A DNA stretch of 64,000 nucleotides, taken from Candidatus Woesearchaeota archaeon (GTDB lineage Archaea; Nanobdellota; Nanobdellia; Woesearchaeales; JABIAG01). The stretch lies in contig JABIAG010000001.1 of the NCBI GenBank assembly GCA_018653365.1, positions 634,586 through 698,585 on the forward strand, in the 5' to 3' direction. Below are positions 44,679-54,723 of the stretch, piece by piece; within the stretch, counting starts at the first letter, position 1, and each line of letters begins with the position of its first letter. The notes under the pieces were generated by a model. It was not told the origin of the DNA and ran no database searches. It saw only the letters and a program-made list of their open reading frames with translations. Made by a program: the position numbers and the translations under genes.

Positions 44679-45851
44679 TTAAAAACCCGCTTCAAAGTTA
44701 ATTTTAACACCTTTCACATTACGTTTAAGCTTTCCCGCAGAATCCAAACGCAAAAATCCCTGAGATTTAAGTTTACTAACATACGAACTGATTGTGGCTA
44801 TGGATTTTTTTAGTTCCCTTGAAACTTCACTGATTGTCTTTGTTCCATCAGCAAGAAGCAGAATATCCAGCGAAATTTTACTTTTAAGAAGGCTACCTAC
44901 TTGATTTGCTTCTTCAGGTTTAGAAATTGACATAACAGACTCATCAAACTCGTTACTATTTTTTAAATAGGTTTCTTTATGTTTTAACAAATACGTGAAT
45001 ACCAATTCAGAAAGTTTTTCGACCACGTCCTCTTTGGACTTCAACTTACTCCAATCCTTCTTTCCATCAAAATAATTAAGGAGTTTAAAATAATCTTCAA
45101 GAGGATTACCTGCATGCATTAAAATATCTCTTATTTCTTCAAGATCCATATTCCATTCAGGAACACGCTCATCAAAAACAACATAAGGTACGGGCGCCAT
45201 CAACAAAAAACAAGGTTTGGTTTTAATTAATCCCTCTTCCATCATCTTTTTTCTAGTTGCCACATACAACTTCTTTTTATAATAATCAGAGAACACCAAA
45301 TCAATAGTTTCGATATCATCCTCAGGACACAACTTATTAAAATAAGTTGAAAAAAACAAATCAATAGAAATTTGAAAGATGTGAGAACATTTTCTAAACT
45401 CACTAAAATCGCCAACAGGCAAACGCGCAAGAATAGAAAAGAATTCTTGAAACAAATTATCCTCTTTGTATAAAACCAAACGTTTCCAAAGATCAGATGC
45501 CTTATACAAAAAAAACTCATCTTCCTTAAAACCAACAGATCTTGCAATCCCCTTAATCTCATGAAGATTGTTCTCAATAAATTCGTCTTTATCCTTAACA
45601 ATATTAGCACAATACTTCTTAAAATAAGGATTCGCTAAAGCATTCATATCCCACATCAAAAGATATAACCTACAATCCAAATCTTTCAGAAACTTATACA
45701 ATTCCTCAAGCATAGCAATAACATCGTAATTTGGAGTTACATAAGTGAAAGAACACAATACATTAATTTTAGAGCCTTTCTTCAAAACAGAAACCTTTTG
45801 CTTAAAATCTTCCAGGTCTTCATCAAATATTTTTGTTGGAACTCCAAACAT
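44679..45851 (-). CDS. wHTH-containing protein with an N-terminal domain resembling a degenerate class I (TyrRS/TrpRS-like) aaRS core
   Basis: C-terminus TISEVSRELKKSIATISSYVSKLKSQGFLRL is a winged HTH. The N-terminus aligns by eye with archaeal TyrRS (RLYLLMWDMNALAN vs [13 protein letters not shown]) but lacks the HIGH and KMSKS motifs. Confidence 0.6.
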   Translation of the reverse strand: MFGVPTKIFDEDLEDFKQKVSVLKKGSKINVLCSFTYVTPNYDVIAMLEELYKFLKDLDCRLYLLMWDMNALANPYFKKYCANIVKDKDEFIENNLHEIKGIARSVGFKEDEFFLYKASDLWKRLVLYKEDNLFQEFFSILARLPVGDFSEFRKCSHIFQISIDLFFSTYFNKLCPEDDIETIDLVFSDYYKKKLYVATRKKMMEEGLIKTKPCFLLMAPVPYVVFDERVPEWNMDLEEIRDILMHAGNPLEDYFKLLNYFDGKKDWSKLKSKEDVVEKLSELVFTYLLKHKETYLKNSNEFDESVMSISKPEEANQVGSLLKSKISLDILLLADGTKTISEVSRELKKSIATISSYVSKLKSQGFLRLDSAGKLKRNVKGVKINFEAGF

Positions 45852-45961
45852 TCAAGAGAGTAACTTAATACTACTTAAATAGTTTTCTATAATTGGTTAA
45901 ACAAATTACTAAAACGTTTAAGTAAGGTTATAATTCAAACAAGGGTTATTCTGAAAAAGAT

Positions 45962-46552
45962 TTAACTATTCTTAATTACGTCAATAAGTTCAGGGAAAGT
46001 TTCTACTTTGAAATGACCGTTTTTGTCTTTTAAAACATGAATTGTTGCGTTAGGTAAACGTTCTTTATACTTTTCTATTTGATCAGGAGGAACAATTGGG
46101 TCATCTTCAGAAAAGAAGAAAATAGGGTTTAATGCGTTAAGTTTAGAGAGAGCTTCACTTAGTTCAAAACCATTACACAACTCTTCATCAGGCAATGAAT
46201 CATCAAAAGGTGCACCGACCAAAATAAGAGCTTTAATCTTTTTAGGAAAGATGTTTTCTGACAGGTATCTTGTTAAGAATATAGAACCTAATGAGTTGCC
46301 GATGATGATAAGGTTATCTTCTAATAAAGGGATGAAGCGTTCAAAGTAAATCTTCCATTCGTTGTAGTGTGCATTAAAATCATTTGGAAACTGAGGTTTA
46401 ATAATTTTATAGTCAGGTAGTTGAGCTTTAAGATATTCTCCACTCCAACTTATTCTTTCATCAATATCAACATCTAATGTTTTCAACCAATCTAAGTATC
46501 TCTCATTAGAACTAAAGGTCATACCTCCGTGAACAAAAAATATTTGATTCAT
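45962..46552 (-). CDS. alpha/beta hydrolase (YdeN/RBBP9-like serine hydrolase)
   Basis: FFVHGG, nucleophile elbow IIGNSLGS, C-terminal DKNGHF. Confidence 0.7.
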   Translation of the reverse strand: MNQIFFVHGGMTFSSNERYLDWLKTLDVDIDERISWSGEYLKAQLPDYKIIKPQFPNDFNAHYNEWKIYFERFIPLLEDNLIIIGNSLGSIFLTRYLSENIFPKKIKALILVGAPFDDSLPDEELCNGFELSEALSKLNALNPIFFFSEDDPIVPPDQIEKYKERLPNATIHVLKDKNGHFKVETFPELIDVIKNS

Positions 46553-46591
46553 GATGTTATCAATAGTGAGAGTTTAATAAAGTTTTATAAT

Positions 46592-46930
46592 TTAGTTGAA
46601 TCCCCTTGGAACGTGAGGAGCAGGTCCACAATACCCTGGCGTCAAAATCAAATCAGGTTTAGCCATGCCCGTTTCCCGCATCATTAAATCGCCACTAGTT
46701 AATCTTGCTGAAAGCGATACATCAGGAGTTGGAGGAGCACACTGCCAAAGAGGTTTAGGTTCAGGAGGCATACAACTCAAAAGTGTAGATACAGAAGATG
46801 CCCGAGAAGTAAGTCCAAAATCAAGAGTTTCTCTAATACGCGCATCACGATCCATACCTGCCTGCATCTGCTCCACCCGTTCCATTATTGTTAAAATTGG
46901 CATTCCATTAACATCATATTGTCTCATCAT
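46592..46930 (-). CDS. hypothetical protein (112 aa), GC-richer ORFan
   Basis: GGAGG and a TATA-like box upstream. No domain recognised. Confidence 0.45.
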   Translation of the reverse strand: MMRQYDVNGMPILTIMERVEQMQAGMDRDARIRETLDFGLTSRASSVSTLLSCMPPEPKPLWQCAPPTPDVSLSARLTSGDLMMRETGMAKPDLILTPGYCGPAPHVPRGFN

Positions 46931-47019
46931 TTTAATTTTCCTCCAATATTAATAGGGAAACTTTAAATAGCATAATAACTTAATGTAATTATAATAACAC
47001 AATTTGTTTAAAATGTAAA

Positions 47020-47667
47020 ATGGTATCAATAGCACACCTAGTAAAACAATGGCTAAAAGAAAGAGCATTCATAGATGAATACCTAAAAGAAGGATTGATC
47101 AACTATGGAGCACTAGCAGAAAAAATACAACCCGAAATAGAAGCAGACCTAGGAAAAGTCAAACTTCTAACCATAGCAATGGCACTAAGAAGATATGCAG
47201 AAACTTCTAAAAAAGAAAAAGTGTCTACACCCTCATTCAAAAACTTTGAACTATCCATGAAAGGCAACTTATGTGATGTTTGCGTTTACAAATCACCACA
47301 CCTATTCAAAAAACTTGAAGAAATCTATAAATTAGTAGATTATAACAAAGGAGACACACTAAACATAATACACGGAAACCACGACGTATCAATACTAATA
47401 AACGAAAAGTTTGAAACAAAACTAAAAAACATACTAAAAGGAGAAAAAATACTACACGCAGAAGAAAATCTAGTAGCACTAACAGTAAAGTTTGGAGAAA
47501 GCGTACTCTACACACCAGGCGTAGACTTCGAACTTATCAAACAACTAGTAATAGAAAACGTAAACCTAATAGAAATAGTATCCTCAATGATAGAACTAAG
47601 TTTTATCATAAATAAAAAAGACGCATCCAAAGGATATAGGGCATTGCAAGAGTTTATTGAAAAGTAA
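47020..47667 (+). CDS. HTH plus ACT-domain protein (predicted amino-acid-responsive regulator), paralog 1
   Basis: KEGLINYGALAEKI matches KKGLINYSALARLI of the 60552 paralog. Same length and layout. Confidence 0.55.
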   Translation: MVSIAHLVKQWLKERAFIDEYLKEGLINYGALAEKIQPEIEADLGKVKLLTIAMALRRYAETSKKEKVSTPSFKNFELSMKGNLCDVCVYKSPHLFKKLEEIYKLVDYNKGDTLNIIHGNHDVSILINEKFETKLKNILKGEKILHAEENLVALTVKFGESVLYTPGVDFELIKQLVIENVNLIEIVSSMIELSFIINKKDASKGYRALQEFIEK

Positions 47668-47670
47668 CGT

Positions 47671-48825
47671 TTAAAGCAATTCAGTCTTTAAGATATCTTT
47701 AGAAGGAATTGATGCTTTAAGCTTCAATTCCCACATGCCATCAGGCTTGTTAATATCTAAACTTTCTTTTTTTGCTTGAACTAATGCTTCATCCAACCCA
47801 ACCCTGTTTGTAATCACTGTCTGATTAACCAAACTCAAAAAAACATCAAAATCACCCATGCACTGTTTGAATTTACGCGGAAGCGCCCTATAAATCGGTT
47901 TGCTTCGAGGATTCAAATATAATAAAACAGGTTTATGATCTTTCATTTTTTGCTTAACAACCTTAATGAAATACTGTAACCTTTGCTTATCTCTCAAACT
48001 CGCAACCTTGTCCGATCCGTCTTCTTGAATCTTTTCAGCAATCCTAAGAGGAAACTCCAATCGTTCAGGTCCTCTCCGAGCAAATCCCTCTGCGGCCTCC
48101 TTTTCATGCGTAATACAAATTTCTATCATATCAGACGTTCTTTTTGAATCAGCAATTCTTTCATAAAACCTCAAAAGCGAACTCTCAATAAATTGGATAT
48201 TGGGTTTAAGCCCATCCCGTTTTATGTTATCCAAACCTGCAGAAGAGGTACCATGATAAAATATAATGTTACTAATTTCTTTTTCCCAAAAATCCTTAAT
48301 CTTACCCAACCTTTCTTTTTCAAAGTTTTCAAGTTGTGAAAAGAAAGAACGCCCCCGTTGAAGCAGTTTATTTCTGAAGTAACTCGAAACGACCCGCAAC
48401 CCAGAAACGTTTTCAGATTCTAACTCATTTGCTATTCCAAAAACATCAGAAGACTCTGCAAACTCTTTTTGTTTTGTAATACTCCCACTTATAACAATTA
48501 ATGCGGCATTAAGGTCTTCTAGATCCTTACGAAAATCATAAGTCACTTGACTCCACAAACGTGTACCAAGATCCGTGCACAATTTTTCTAAATCTAGTAA
48601 TAACACTTCTTGTTTGTCTATCAAAGGAAACTCTGCTTCCTCTTTACCCACAAGCTTCAACAATCTTGTTTTGGACTTATTTACTCTTTTCCCTTTACGA
48701 ATTTTAGCAATTAGGCTTTCTTTTTGTTTATAAGAACCCTCAAGAATTACAACCGTTTGAAACGTGGAAGTTATCTCAGTTAATAATACTGATTCTTCCA
48801 CAACTTTTTTCTTAAAAAACAACAT
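47671..48825 (-). CDS. hypothetical protein with a possible ADP-ribosyltransferase-like (Tpt1/PARP-type HGT...GLKP) segment
   Basis: IIFYHGTSSAGLDNIKRDGLKPN resembles the hYHGT....l..I...GL.P segment I recall from KptA/Tpt1 and PARP catalytic domains. Nothing else recognised. Confidence 0.55.
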   Translation of the reverse strand: MLFFKKKVVEESVLLTEITSTFQTVVILEGSYKQKESLIAKIRKGKRVNKSKTRLLKLVGKEEAEFPLIDKQEVLLLDLEKLCTDLGTRLWSQVTYDFRKDLEDLNAALIVISGSITKQKEFAESSDVFGIANELESENVSGLRVVSSYFRNKLLQRGRSFFSQLENFEKERLGKIKDFWEKEISNIIFYHGTSSAGLDNIKRDGLKPNIQFIESSLLRFYERIADSKRTSDMIEICITHEKEAAEGFARRGPERLEFPLRIAEKIQEDGSDKVASLRDKQRLQYFIKVVKQKMKDHKPVLLYLNPRSKPIYRALPRKFKQCMGDFDVFLSLVNQTVITNRVGLDEALVQAKKESLDINKPDGMWELKLKASIPSKDILKTELL

Positions 48826-48857
48826 AAGAACATTTCTTTAGTTTAAATATATTAATG

Positions 48858-50045
48858 TTACTTTTTTTCAGCCAACATACCCATGTCTTTTCTTAACCTA
48901 TTCATTTTCCTAATACCTTTTCCCAAATGAAAAACGGCATTTGTACGTGAAGTTATTGCAATTAAAGGAGTTATTCCATGTTTCATACACACAGATTCAT
49001 ATTCTCTTAACAAAGTCACATGATTTAACTTTGCCATTGTCTTTATTGGCATTCTTTCAAACTTAAAAATTGTTGCAGGAATCGCAGGAGCAACCTTATA
49101 AGTTAAAGGAATTAACGCGTTTTTGTCACCAATAATCTTAGAAACAAGAGTGTCAAATGAACCCCTTGCACATAACACAAGTTCAGCCAGGTCCGATTTT
49201 CTAAATGGAACAGGACTCTTCTTGTAAACTCTTTTAAGAGATCCAAATTCTAACGCTGTTAAAATAAACTCAAAAGATGCCTTCATTTCAGAAATGTGCT
49301 TCTCCCCAACTTGAATCATTTCATCACATGACCTCGCTTCAATAACAAACTTTTCTATAAAAAGTGCCATACCCTCCCAACAAATACGCAATTTAACTTC
49401 TTCAACCAACTTCCTAACGTTTATATATGCTTGTAAAACATATTTTTGCAACGTTTCTAAATCTTTCACCTTCTTTCTTTCTAAATGTTTAAGGCCTGCC
49501 AACTCTCTTTTCTCTCCCCCAGAAATCCTTTCCAACCTTGCAATGTTTTTTTTTCTTATCTGTTTGGAATTACTCATATGATAATGGCGTAAATGAACCA
49601 ATTCATGAATTAAACAGGCCAACAAAGTTTTTCTAAAATTATCTTTCGCTCTCTCTCTAATATTTTCAGGCTGCTCTGAATGAGACTGAAGTAATTCTAA
49701 ACTAAAAACGTCCTCAATATTTAAATAAATTACATCCTTGCTTTTATCAAGATCATCTATAACAACCTTACCAAGTTCAAGAGATGAATTGTGAAGTTTT
49801 TCTTTTACTTTTTCTCGAGACACCTTTTTTTCAACTTTAAACACTATGTCAACATCATTAAACACGAACCCAATCCGTTTTGTCTTTAAAACAACACTCA
49901 TAATCTCATTAAGAAGTCTGCCATCAATTAATGAAAACACCAAGCCTCGTTTATAATTGGCCCAAAAACGAACAGTACAATTATCATACTGCATTTCATT
50001 AAGTAAGCTATAACGCAATCTTTGAATTAAACTCAGATTAGTCAT
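48858..50045 (-). CDS. hypothetical protein with HExxH plus a downstream Glu (gluzincin-like motif)
   Basis: LIHELVHLRHY and, about 75 aa later, WEGMALFIE. Confidence 0.55.
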   Translation of the reverse strand: MTNLSLIQRLRYSLLNEMQYDNCTVRFWANYKRGLVFSLIDGRLLNEIMSVVLKTKRIGFVFNDVDIVFKVEKKVSREKVKEKLHNSSLELGKVVIDDLDKSKDVIYLNIEDVFSLELLQSHSEQPENIRERAKDNFRKTLLACLIHELVHLRHYHMSNSKQIRKKNIARLERISGGEKRELAGLKHLERKKVKDLETLQKYVLQAYINVRKLVEEVKLRICWEGMALFIEKFVIEARSCDEMIQVGEKHISEMKASFEFILTALEFGSLKRVYKKSPVPFRKSDLAELVLCARGSFDTLVSKIIGDKNALIPLTYKVAPAIPATIFKFERMPIKTMAKLNHVTLLREYESVCMKHGITPLIAITSRTNAVFHLGKGIRKMNRLRKDMGMLAEKK

Positions 50046-50119
50046 ACAAATACAATTATGTTTATGTATATAAACATTATCTAATTAGAAAGGAATATTA
50101 TTCTTAGACTAAAACTCAC

Positions 50120-50512
50120 TTACTTAGTATGTCTATAACAGTAATCCTTGGATCTGCCCTCTAAGGTGATCTCTTCACACAATTCCGGATTGTGAGTAGT
50201 CACTGCAATCCCTGCCAAACAAGAGTTTTTTCTGGTTTCGTTAAGATTAGTTTTACAAAGATTAACATCTTCTAAATTTATTGCAACCTTAAAAATACAT
50301 GATTCTTTAGCATTAAGATCAACCAAAGCAGCACTTACCAAACCGACTTCACTAAAAACAATCAGGTTACCACAATCATCAAACAAGGGTTCACGATTTT
50401 GACCAACATAACCAGAATCACTAACAGACATACCTCTTTGAAAATCTTGATTGGCTGCAGCACGAAGACTTTGATGTGCACCAGCTAATGCCTGTCTCTC
50501 TTCATAATTCAT
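50120..50512 (-). CDS. hypothetical protein (130 aa), GC-richer ORFan
   Basis: ORF only. Several Cys in the C-terminal half. Confidence 0.45.
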   Translation of the reverse strand: MNYEERQALAGAHQSLRAAANQDFQRGMSVSDSGYVGQNREPLFDDCGNLIVFSEVGLVSAALVDLNAKESCIFKVAINLEDVNLCKTNLNETRKNSCLAGIAVTTHNPELCEEITLEGRSKDYCYRHTK

Positions 50513-50563
50513 ACGCTTGCTAATGTAAACAATTATTTAAAGCTTTATTATTTAAATAAGAAC

Positions 50564-51277
50564 TTATTCTAAACTTAGTAATTTATCCTTTTCTAAAACT
50601 TCTTCATGATATTGATTATCTTTCCAATAACACTTGTAAGCGTTAGCTTCAGGTTTAGAAGAAATAATTTTGTATTGGTTGTTTTCTTTTACTAAAGCAG
50701 CACACTCATCTAATGCTATGCCAATTGAACCATTTCTTAACAATTCCTTAAATGGTTGCGCTCTTTTCTCAGTATCATAATGAGGACAGTTTGTGAATGG
50801 AATAAAGTTTAACCCTTCAACATCGCACCACTCATCTTTTCCTTCCATAATTAACGAATCAGACAACCCATCTTTAAACCAACAGATAGAACCCGCACTC
50901 AAACCAGAAAGAACAATATCATCCTTTAATGCATCCTTTAACAAATGGTCAACACATCTTTCTTTCCACAATTTCATCATCTTCTTAGTATTGCCCCCAC
51001 CAACATAAATAATATCAGCTGCAAGAATTGCATCTCTAATCTCTTCATCAGAAGGATTCTTAGTCAAGTACAAAACATCAGTTTGACAACCCAACCCACT
51101 AAAATAACCTTTTACAACATCATAATAAGATTCAGAATCTCCACTAGCAGTAGGTAAAAATAATAACAAAGGATTGGGTTTGTTTGTGAGTTTGATTATT
51201 TCTTTATCTATACTTTCTGTTTCAATCTCGGTTCCTGGCCTTCCTATTTCGCCACCACCAATTGCTACAATCTTCAT
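50564..51277 (-). CDS. peptidase S51 family (dipeptidase E/cyanophycinase-like)
   Basis: MKIVAIGGGEIG, IYVGGGNT, nucleophile region LSGLSAGSICWF. Confidence 0.75.
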   Translation of the reverse strand: MKIVAIGGGEIGRPGTEIETESIDKEIIKLTNKPNPLLLFLPTASGDSESYYDVVKGYFSGLGCQTDVLYLTKNPSDEEIRDAILAADIIYVGGGNTKKMMKLWKERCVDHLLKDALKDDIVLSGLSAGSICWFKDGLSDSLIMEGKDEWCDVEGLNFIPFTNCPHYDTEKRAQPFKELLRNGSIGIALDECAALVKENNQYKIISSKPEANAYKCYWKDNQYHEEVLEKDKLLSLE

Positions 51278-51338
51278 AACAGTTACGAAGAAGAACGATT
51301 TAATAAATGTGTTGCTTTTAGACGATAAATTCAGGAAT

Positions 51339-51349
51339 CTTTATAAAAG
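51339..51349 (+). promoter_or_regulatory. TATA box for the radical-SAM operon (divergent region shared with the S51 peptidase gene)
   Basis: CTTTATAAAAG lies 23-33 nt upstream of the ATG at 51372. Confidence 0.45.
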
Positions 51350-51371
51350 TAGCTCCATTAATATTTATAAA

Positions 51372-52739
51372 ATGAAACGAGTGGCTTTGGTTTATCTGCC
51401 TTACTCGGATATTATTTTTGGGTCTGAGAAAAGCACGAAAGGAATAACCCCTCCACTCGGATTGCTCTACCTACAATCTTATAACAAAGACTTTGCTAAC
51501 ATAAAAGTTTTTGACGGCGAAATTTACGATTCTATAACCGGCCTAATTAACGCAATTAAAATATTTAATCCAGAAATCATAGGCGTTACCTTGCTTACCT
51601 CAACGTTTCCGCGTGCAAAAGAATTCATTTCCCAATTTGATAAACGAATAACACGAATTGCAGGAGGACCATATGCCACCGCACGCCCAACAGAAGTTCT
51701 ACAACACTTTGACATAGCTGCGTCTGGAGAGGCCGAACAAACCCTCAGAGAAATAATTCAAAACAAGCCATTAAGAGATATAAAAGGGATCTATTACAAA
51801 GAAAACAACAAAATAAAGAAAACAGAAAAAAGAGAACCAATAACCAATCTCGATCATCTTCCTCAAATTATCTGGGAAGACGTAGACCTATCCAAATATC
51901 AACAATCCTATGAAAGAGGAAACTTCTCAAACGTAGGGGCAATAATGACCTCCAGAGGATGCGGATTTAACTGTGACTACTGTTGTAGTGAATCAATGTA
52001 TGGAAGTAACGTAAGATTTAGATCAAATACAAACATAATTGAAGAGTTAGAAACACTAAAAAAAAACCACAATGTAAAGTTCATAGAATTTTGGGACGAC
52101 ACATTTACTTTAGGCTATAAGAAAAGAACCGAACTGTTTACTTATTTGAGAAAAAAAGGCATTCATTTCAGTTGTAATGCTCGCGCAGACACTGTTGATG
52201 AAGAGTGCATAAAAATATTAACTAAAGCTGGATGCAAAAACATATTTTTTGGCATAGAATCAGCAAACCCAAACACATTAAAAGACCTTGGACGGAGCAT
52301 GGATCAGAATAAAATAACCAATGCATTCAAACTTGCAAAAAAATATGGACTTAAGACAATAGGGAGTTTTATGTTTGGAGCCCCAAATGAAAACCTAGCA
52401 AGTGTACACCAAACAATTGCACTAGCAAAAAAACTTAATCCAGACAGAGTACTGTTTAACATTGTAACTGCCCATCCCGGAACTAAACTATACAAAAGAT
52501 GTGTTGAAGAAAAAATAATTCCCAGGTACAAAGTAGATCCACAGAAATACGCAAAAGAACCAATAGGGGTTCCTTCGTCCTGCAAAAATATTAATCGAGA
52601 GAAACTCCAAAGACTAAAGTTCCAAGCTTACAAAGAATATTATGTTAGGCCTAAATTCATAATTTCACAATTACTTAAATGTAGAAGTATAACCGAGATA
52701 AAAACATTAATTGATTTAACAAAAACATATAAAAAATGA
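51372..52739 (+). CDS. class B (cobalamin-binding domain) radical SAM enzyme
   Basis: N-terminus VALVYLPY...PPLGLLYLQSY, GVTLLTS, and cluster motif SRGCGFNCDYC. The track's start at 51174 is rejected because it overlaps the S51 gene and the promoter. Confidence 0.85.
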   Translation: MKRVALVYLPYSDIIFGSEKSTKGITPPLGLLYLQSYNKDFANIKVFDGEIYDSITGLINAIKIFNPEIIGVTLLTSTFPRAKEFISQFDKRITRIAGGPYATARPTEVLQHFDIAASGEAEQTLREIIQNKPLRDIKGIYYKENNKIKKTEKREPITNLDHLPQIIWEDVDLSKYQQSYERGNFSNVGAIMTSRGCGFNCDYCCSESMYGSNVRFRSNTNIIEELETLKKNHNVKFIEFWDDTFTLGYKKRTELFTYLRKKGIHFSCNARADTVDEECIKILTKAGCKNIFFGIESANPNTLKDLGRSMDQNKITNAFKLAKKYGLKTIGSFMFGAPNENLASVHQTIALAKKLNPDRVLFNIVTAHPGTKLYKRCVEEKIIPRYKVDPQKYAKEPIGVPSSCKNINREKLQRLKFQAYKEYYVRPKFIISQLLKCRSITEIKTLIDLTKTYKK

Positions 52740-53605
52740 CTACAAAAAGCTTTGCATACAATGCTAAAACACACGTGTTTAGTTTTGACCCTGCAACAGA
52801 AGGATTCTTTAACCTAGCTATGCAAATAACAAAAAGATGTGGGCTCAATTGTTTACCCTGTTGTGAATCTGACCCCACAAGCGAACTACAAACTCCAGAA
52901 TTGGTTACAGTCGTAAAAAGATTAGAAGAACACGCAGTTAGAAGAGTGTGCTTAACCGGAGGAGAACCAACAATAAGAAAAGATTTTGTTCAAATAGTCA
53001 ATGAATTATATAATGCGGGCATAATTGTTACACTGGCATCAAACTGTTACCAAATAATTCCCTCAATCCCAGAAATTCAGGGAAAGGTTGCAAACATTCG
53101 AGCAACACTGTTTGGCACAAAAACAACTCATGACAACATTACAAAACAACCAGGAAGTTACAGAAAACTCCAAAACGCGGTATCTCAATTATTAGAAGCA
53201 GAAATTCCAGTTTATGCTTGTATGACCTTAATGCAGTCAAATTTACAAGAACTAGAACAGGTCTGGCAAACCTGCCAAGAGTGGGGGATTGAAAAACTAC
53301 TTACTTTTTCCTTAATGAACAAAGGAAGAGGGAAAACAATATTTGAAAGAGAGAGGGTCACAGATGCTGAGGTTCAGAGACAATTAAAAACAGTGACTGG
53401 CAATATATACTGGACAAATTTTATGCGTGAAGGACAGTGTGCAATGATCCAACCAGATGGCAACCTAATTGCTACTCCCTGTTATTCAGAACCAACAGGA
53501 GTGAAAGTTGTGGGTAGTGTTTTGAAAGAACCACTTTTGGCCCTATGGCAAAAATATCCTTACAAAAAGAACTATTTAGCGTATTACGGAGAAAAAACAG
53601 AATGA
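52736..53605 (+). CDS. radical SAM enzyme with short twitch/SPASM-like C-terminus
   Basis: KRCGLNCLPC, VCLTGGEPTIRKDF, C-terminal CAMIQPDGNLIATPC...VGSVLKEPLLALW. ATGA overlap with the upstream gene. Confidence 0.8.
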   Translation: MTTKSFAYNAKTHVFSFDPATEGFFNLAMQITKRCGLNCLPCCESDPTSELQTPELVTVVKRLEEHAVRRVCLTGGEPTIRKDFVQIVNELYNAGIIVTLASNCYQIIPSIPEIQGKVANIRATLFGTKTTHDNITKQPGSYRKLQNAVSQLLEAEIPVYACMTLMQSNLQELEQVWQTCQEWGIEKLLTFSLMNKGRGKTIFERERVTDAEVQRQLKTVTGNIYWTNFMREGQCAMIQPDGNLIATPCYSEPTGVKVVGSVLKEPLLALWQKYPYKKNYLAYYGEKTE

Positions 53606-54723
53606 TAAAAAAAGAACAAAAAACTGAACGCATCACAGCATACACGTTCAGTGCACAAAAAGTAACAGACTTAACAAAAGCACACACCCTACTTTGTAAA
53701 GCATTCAAAGAGAGACCAATAGGTACATATGGAGGGGTGAACACAGACACGCTTTATGAAGCAATAACAAGAAAAGGATATGACATAACCAGAGAAGAGA
53801 TTTGTGCAAAAGATGATGAAGATGTAGGATTACACATGCCAAACTTCTGGCCAATAAATATAGGAGAGTGGGCGATGAGCATTGCAATGTATTATTCTTA
53901 CATGCAAATGAGGTACACTTCAGGATTTCCCACATTTCCTTCATGGAACCGGCAAGCAAGAACAGAAATTGGGTGGGAAAGCACAATAGAGGTTTATGAT
54001 TTGAATAGGCTCACAAAAAGACTAGAAACAAATGAATGGCCCTTTTTTAGTAGCCCCCTGACTCTAACTGAATGCATGAGACATTTAGAAGGTTGGCAAA
54101 TGCGAAGATTAAATGCTTACAAAGAGTATTCTAGAAAAATTGAAGCATGGGCAAAAAAGCAACCATTTTATGACGCTACAGAATGGCATTTAGGAAGAGA
54201 ACAAAGCAAAAGACTAATGCAAAAAACAGGACAGATAACAAATGTAAGATACTGTGTAAAAAGATTCTGGCAAGACGTTCTTACCCAGAGAGAGTTGCAA
54301 GAAGGCGATCGCGAATTAGATATTGTAACTCCTTTATTTTCACAAGATAGAATGCCTGACCTAATGTTAGTTGGTGAAGACTTCTTCGAAACAGATGGAA
54401 GATTCACCCCTTTTGACCCAGAACAACACTCCACACTAACATTTAAATACAATTTTCAAAGCAGGGTGGAACATACCAATCCCGTTAGAAAAGAGGATCC
54501 CAAACAACACAATTATATGACTGCACAAATAGCAACAGAACAACATCCCCACACCAACGTTGTACTACTCTCCTTTGATCCACAGCAAAGAAAATTATTC
54601 AAATTAATAAAAGAAGATGGAACAAAAGAGGGATTAAGCTTAGAAGTTATTTTGGCATCTGCCGCCTGTCTAGATTATTTAGGTGTTAACATACTCAAAG
54701 AGGTGGAAACATGTCTCTCGTAG
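53602..54723 (+). CDS. hypothetical protein (373 aa), aromatic/Trp-rich ORFan inside the radical-SAM operon
   Basis: ATG at 53602 forms an ATGA overlap with the upstream stop. No domain recognised. Confidence 0.65.
   Translation: MIKKEQKTERITAYTFSAQKVTDLTKAHTLLCKAFKERPIGTYGGVNTDTLYEAITRKGYDITREEICAKDDEDVGLHMPNFWPINIGEWAMSIAMYYSYMQMRYTSGFPTFPSWNRQARTEIGWESTIEVYDLNRLTKRLETNEWPFFSSPLTLTECMRHLEGWQMRRLNAYKEYSRKIEAWAKKQPFYDATEWHLGREQSKRLMQKTGQITNVRYCVKRFWQDVLTQRELQEGDRELDIVTPLFSQDRMPDLMLVGEDFFETDGRFTPFDPEQHSTLTFKYNFQSRVEHTNPVRKEDPKQHNYMTAQIATEQHPHTNVVLLSFDPQQRKLFKLIKEDGTKEGLSLEVILASAACLDYLGVNILKEVETCLS

Noticed and set aside
51174-51371. 5' extension of the B12 radical-SAM ORF given in the track
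   Set aside because: The extension overlaps the S51 peptidase gene on the other strand and contains the TATA box. The conserved N-terminus (MKRVALVYLPY) starts at 51372.
52736-53605. Prokaryotic viperin (pVip) identity for the 289-aa radical SAM
   Set aside because: The cluster motif and N-terminal region do not match the viperin pattern I recall (CNYKCGFC). The C-terminus has a Cys...PDG...PC twitch/SPASM-like segment that viperins lack.
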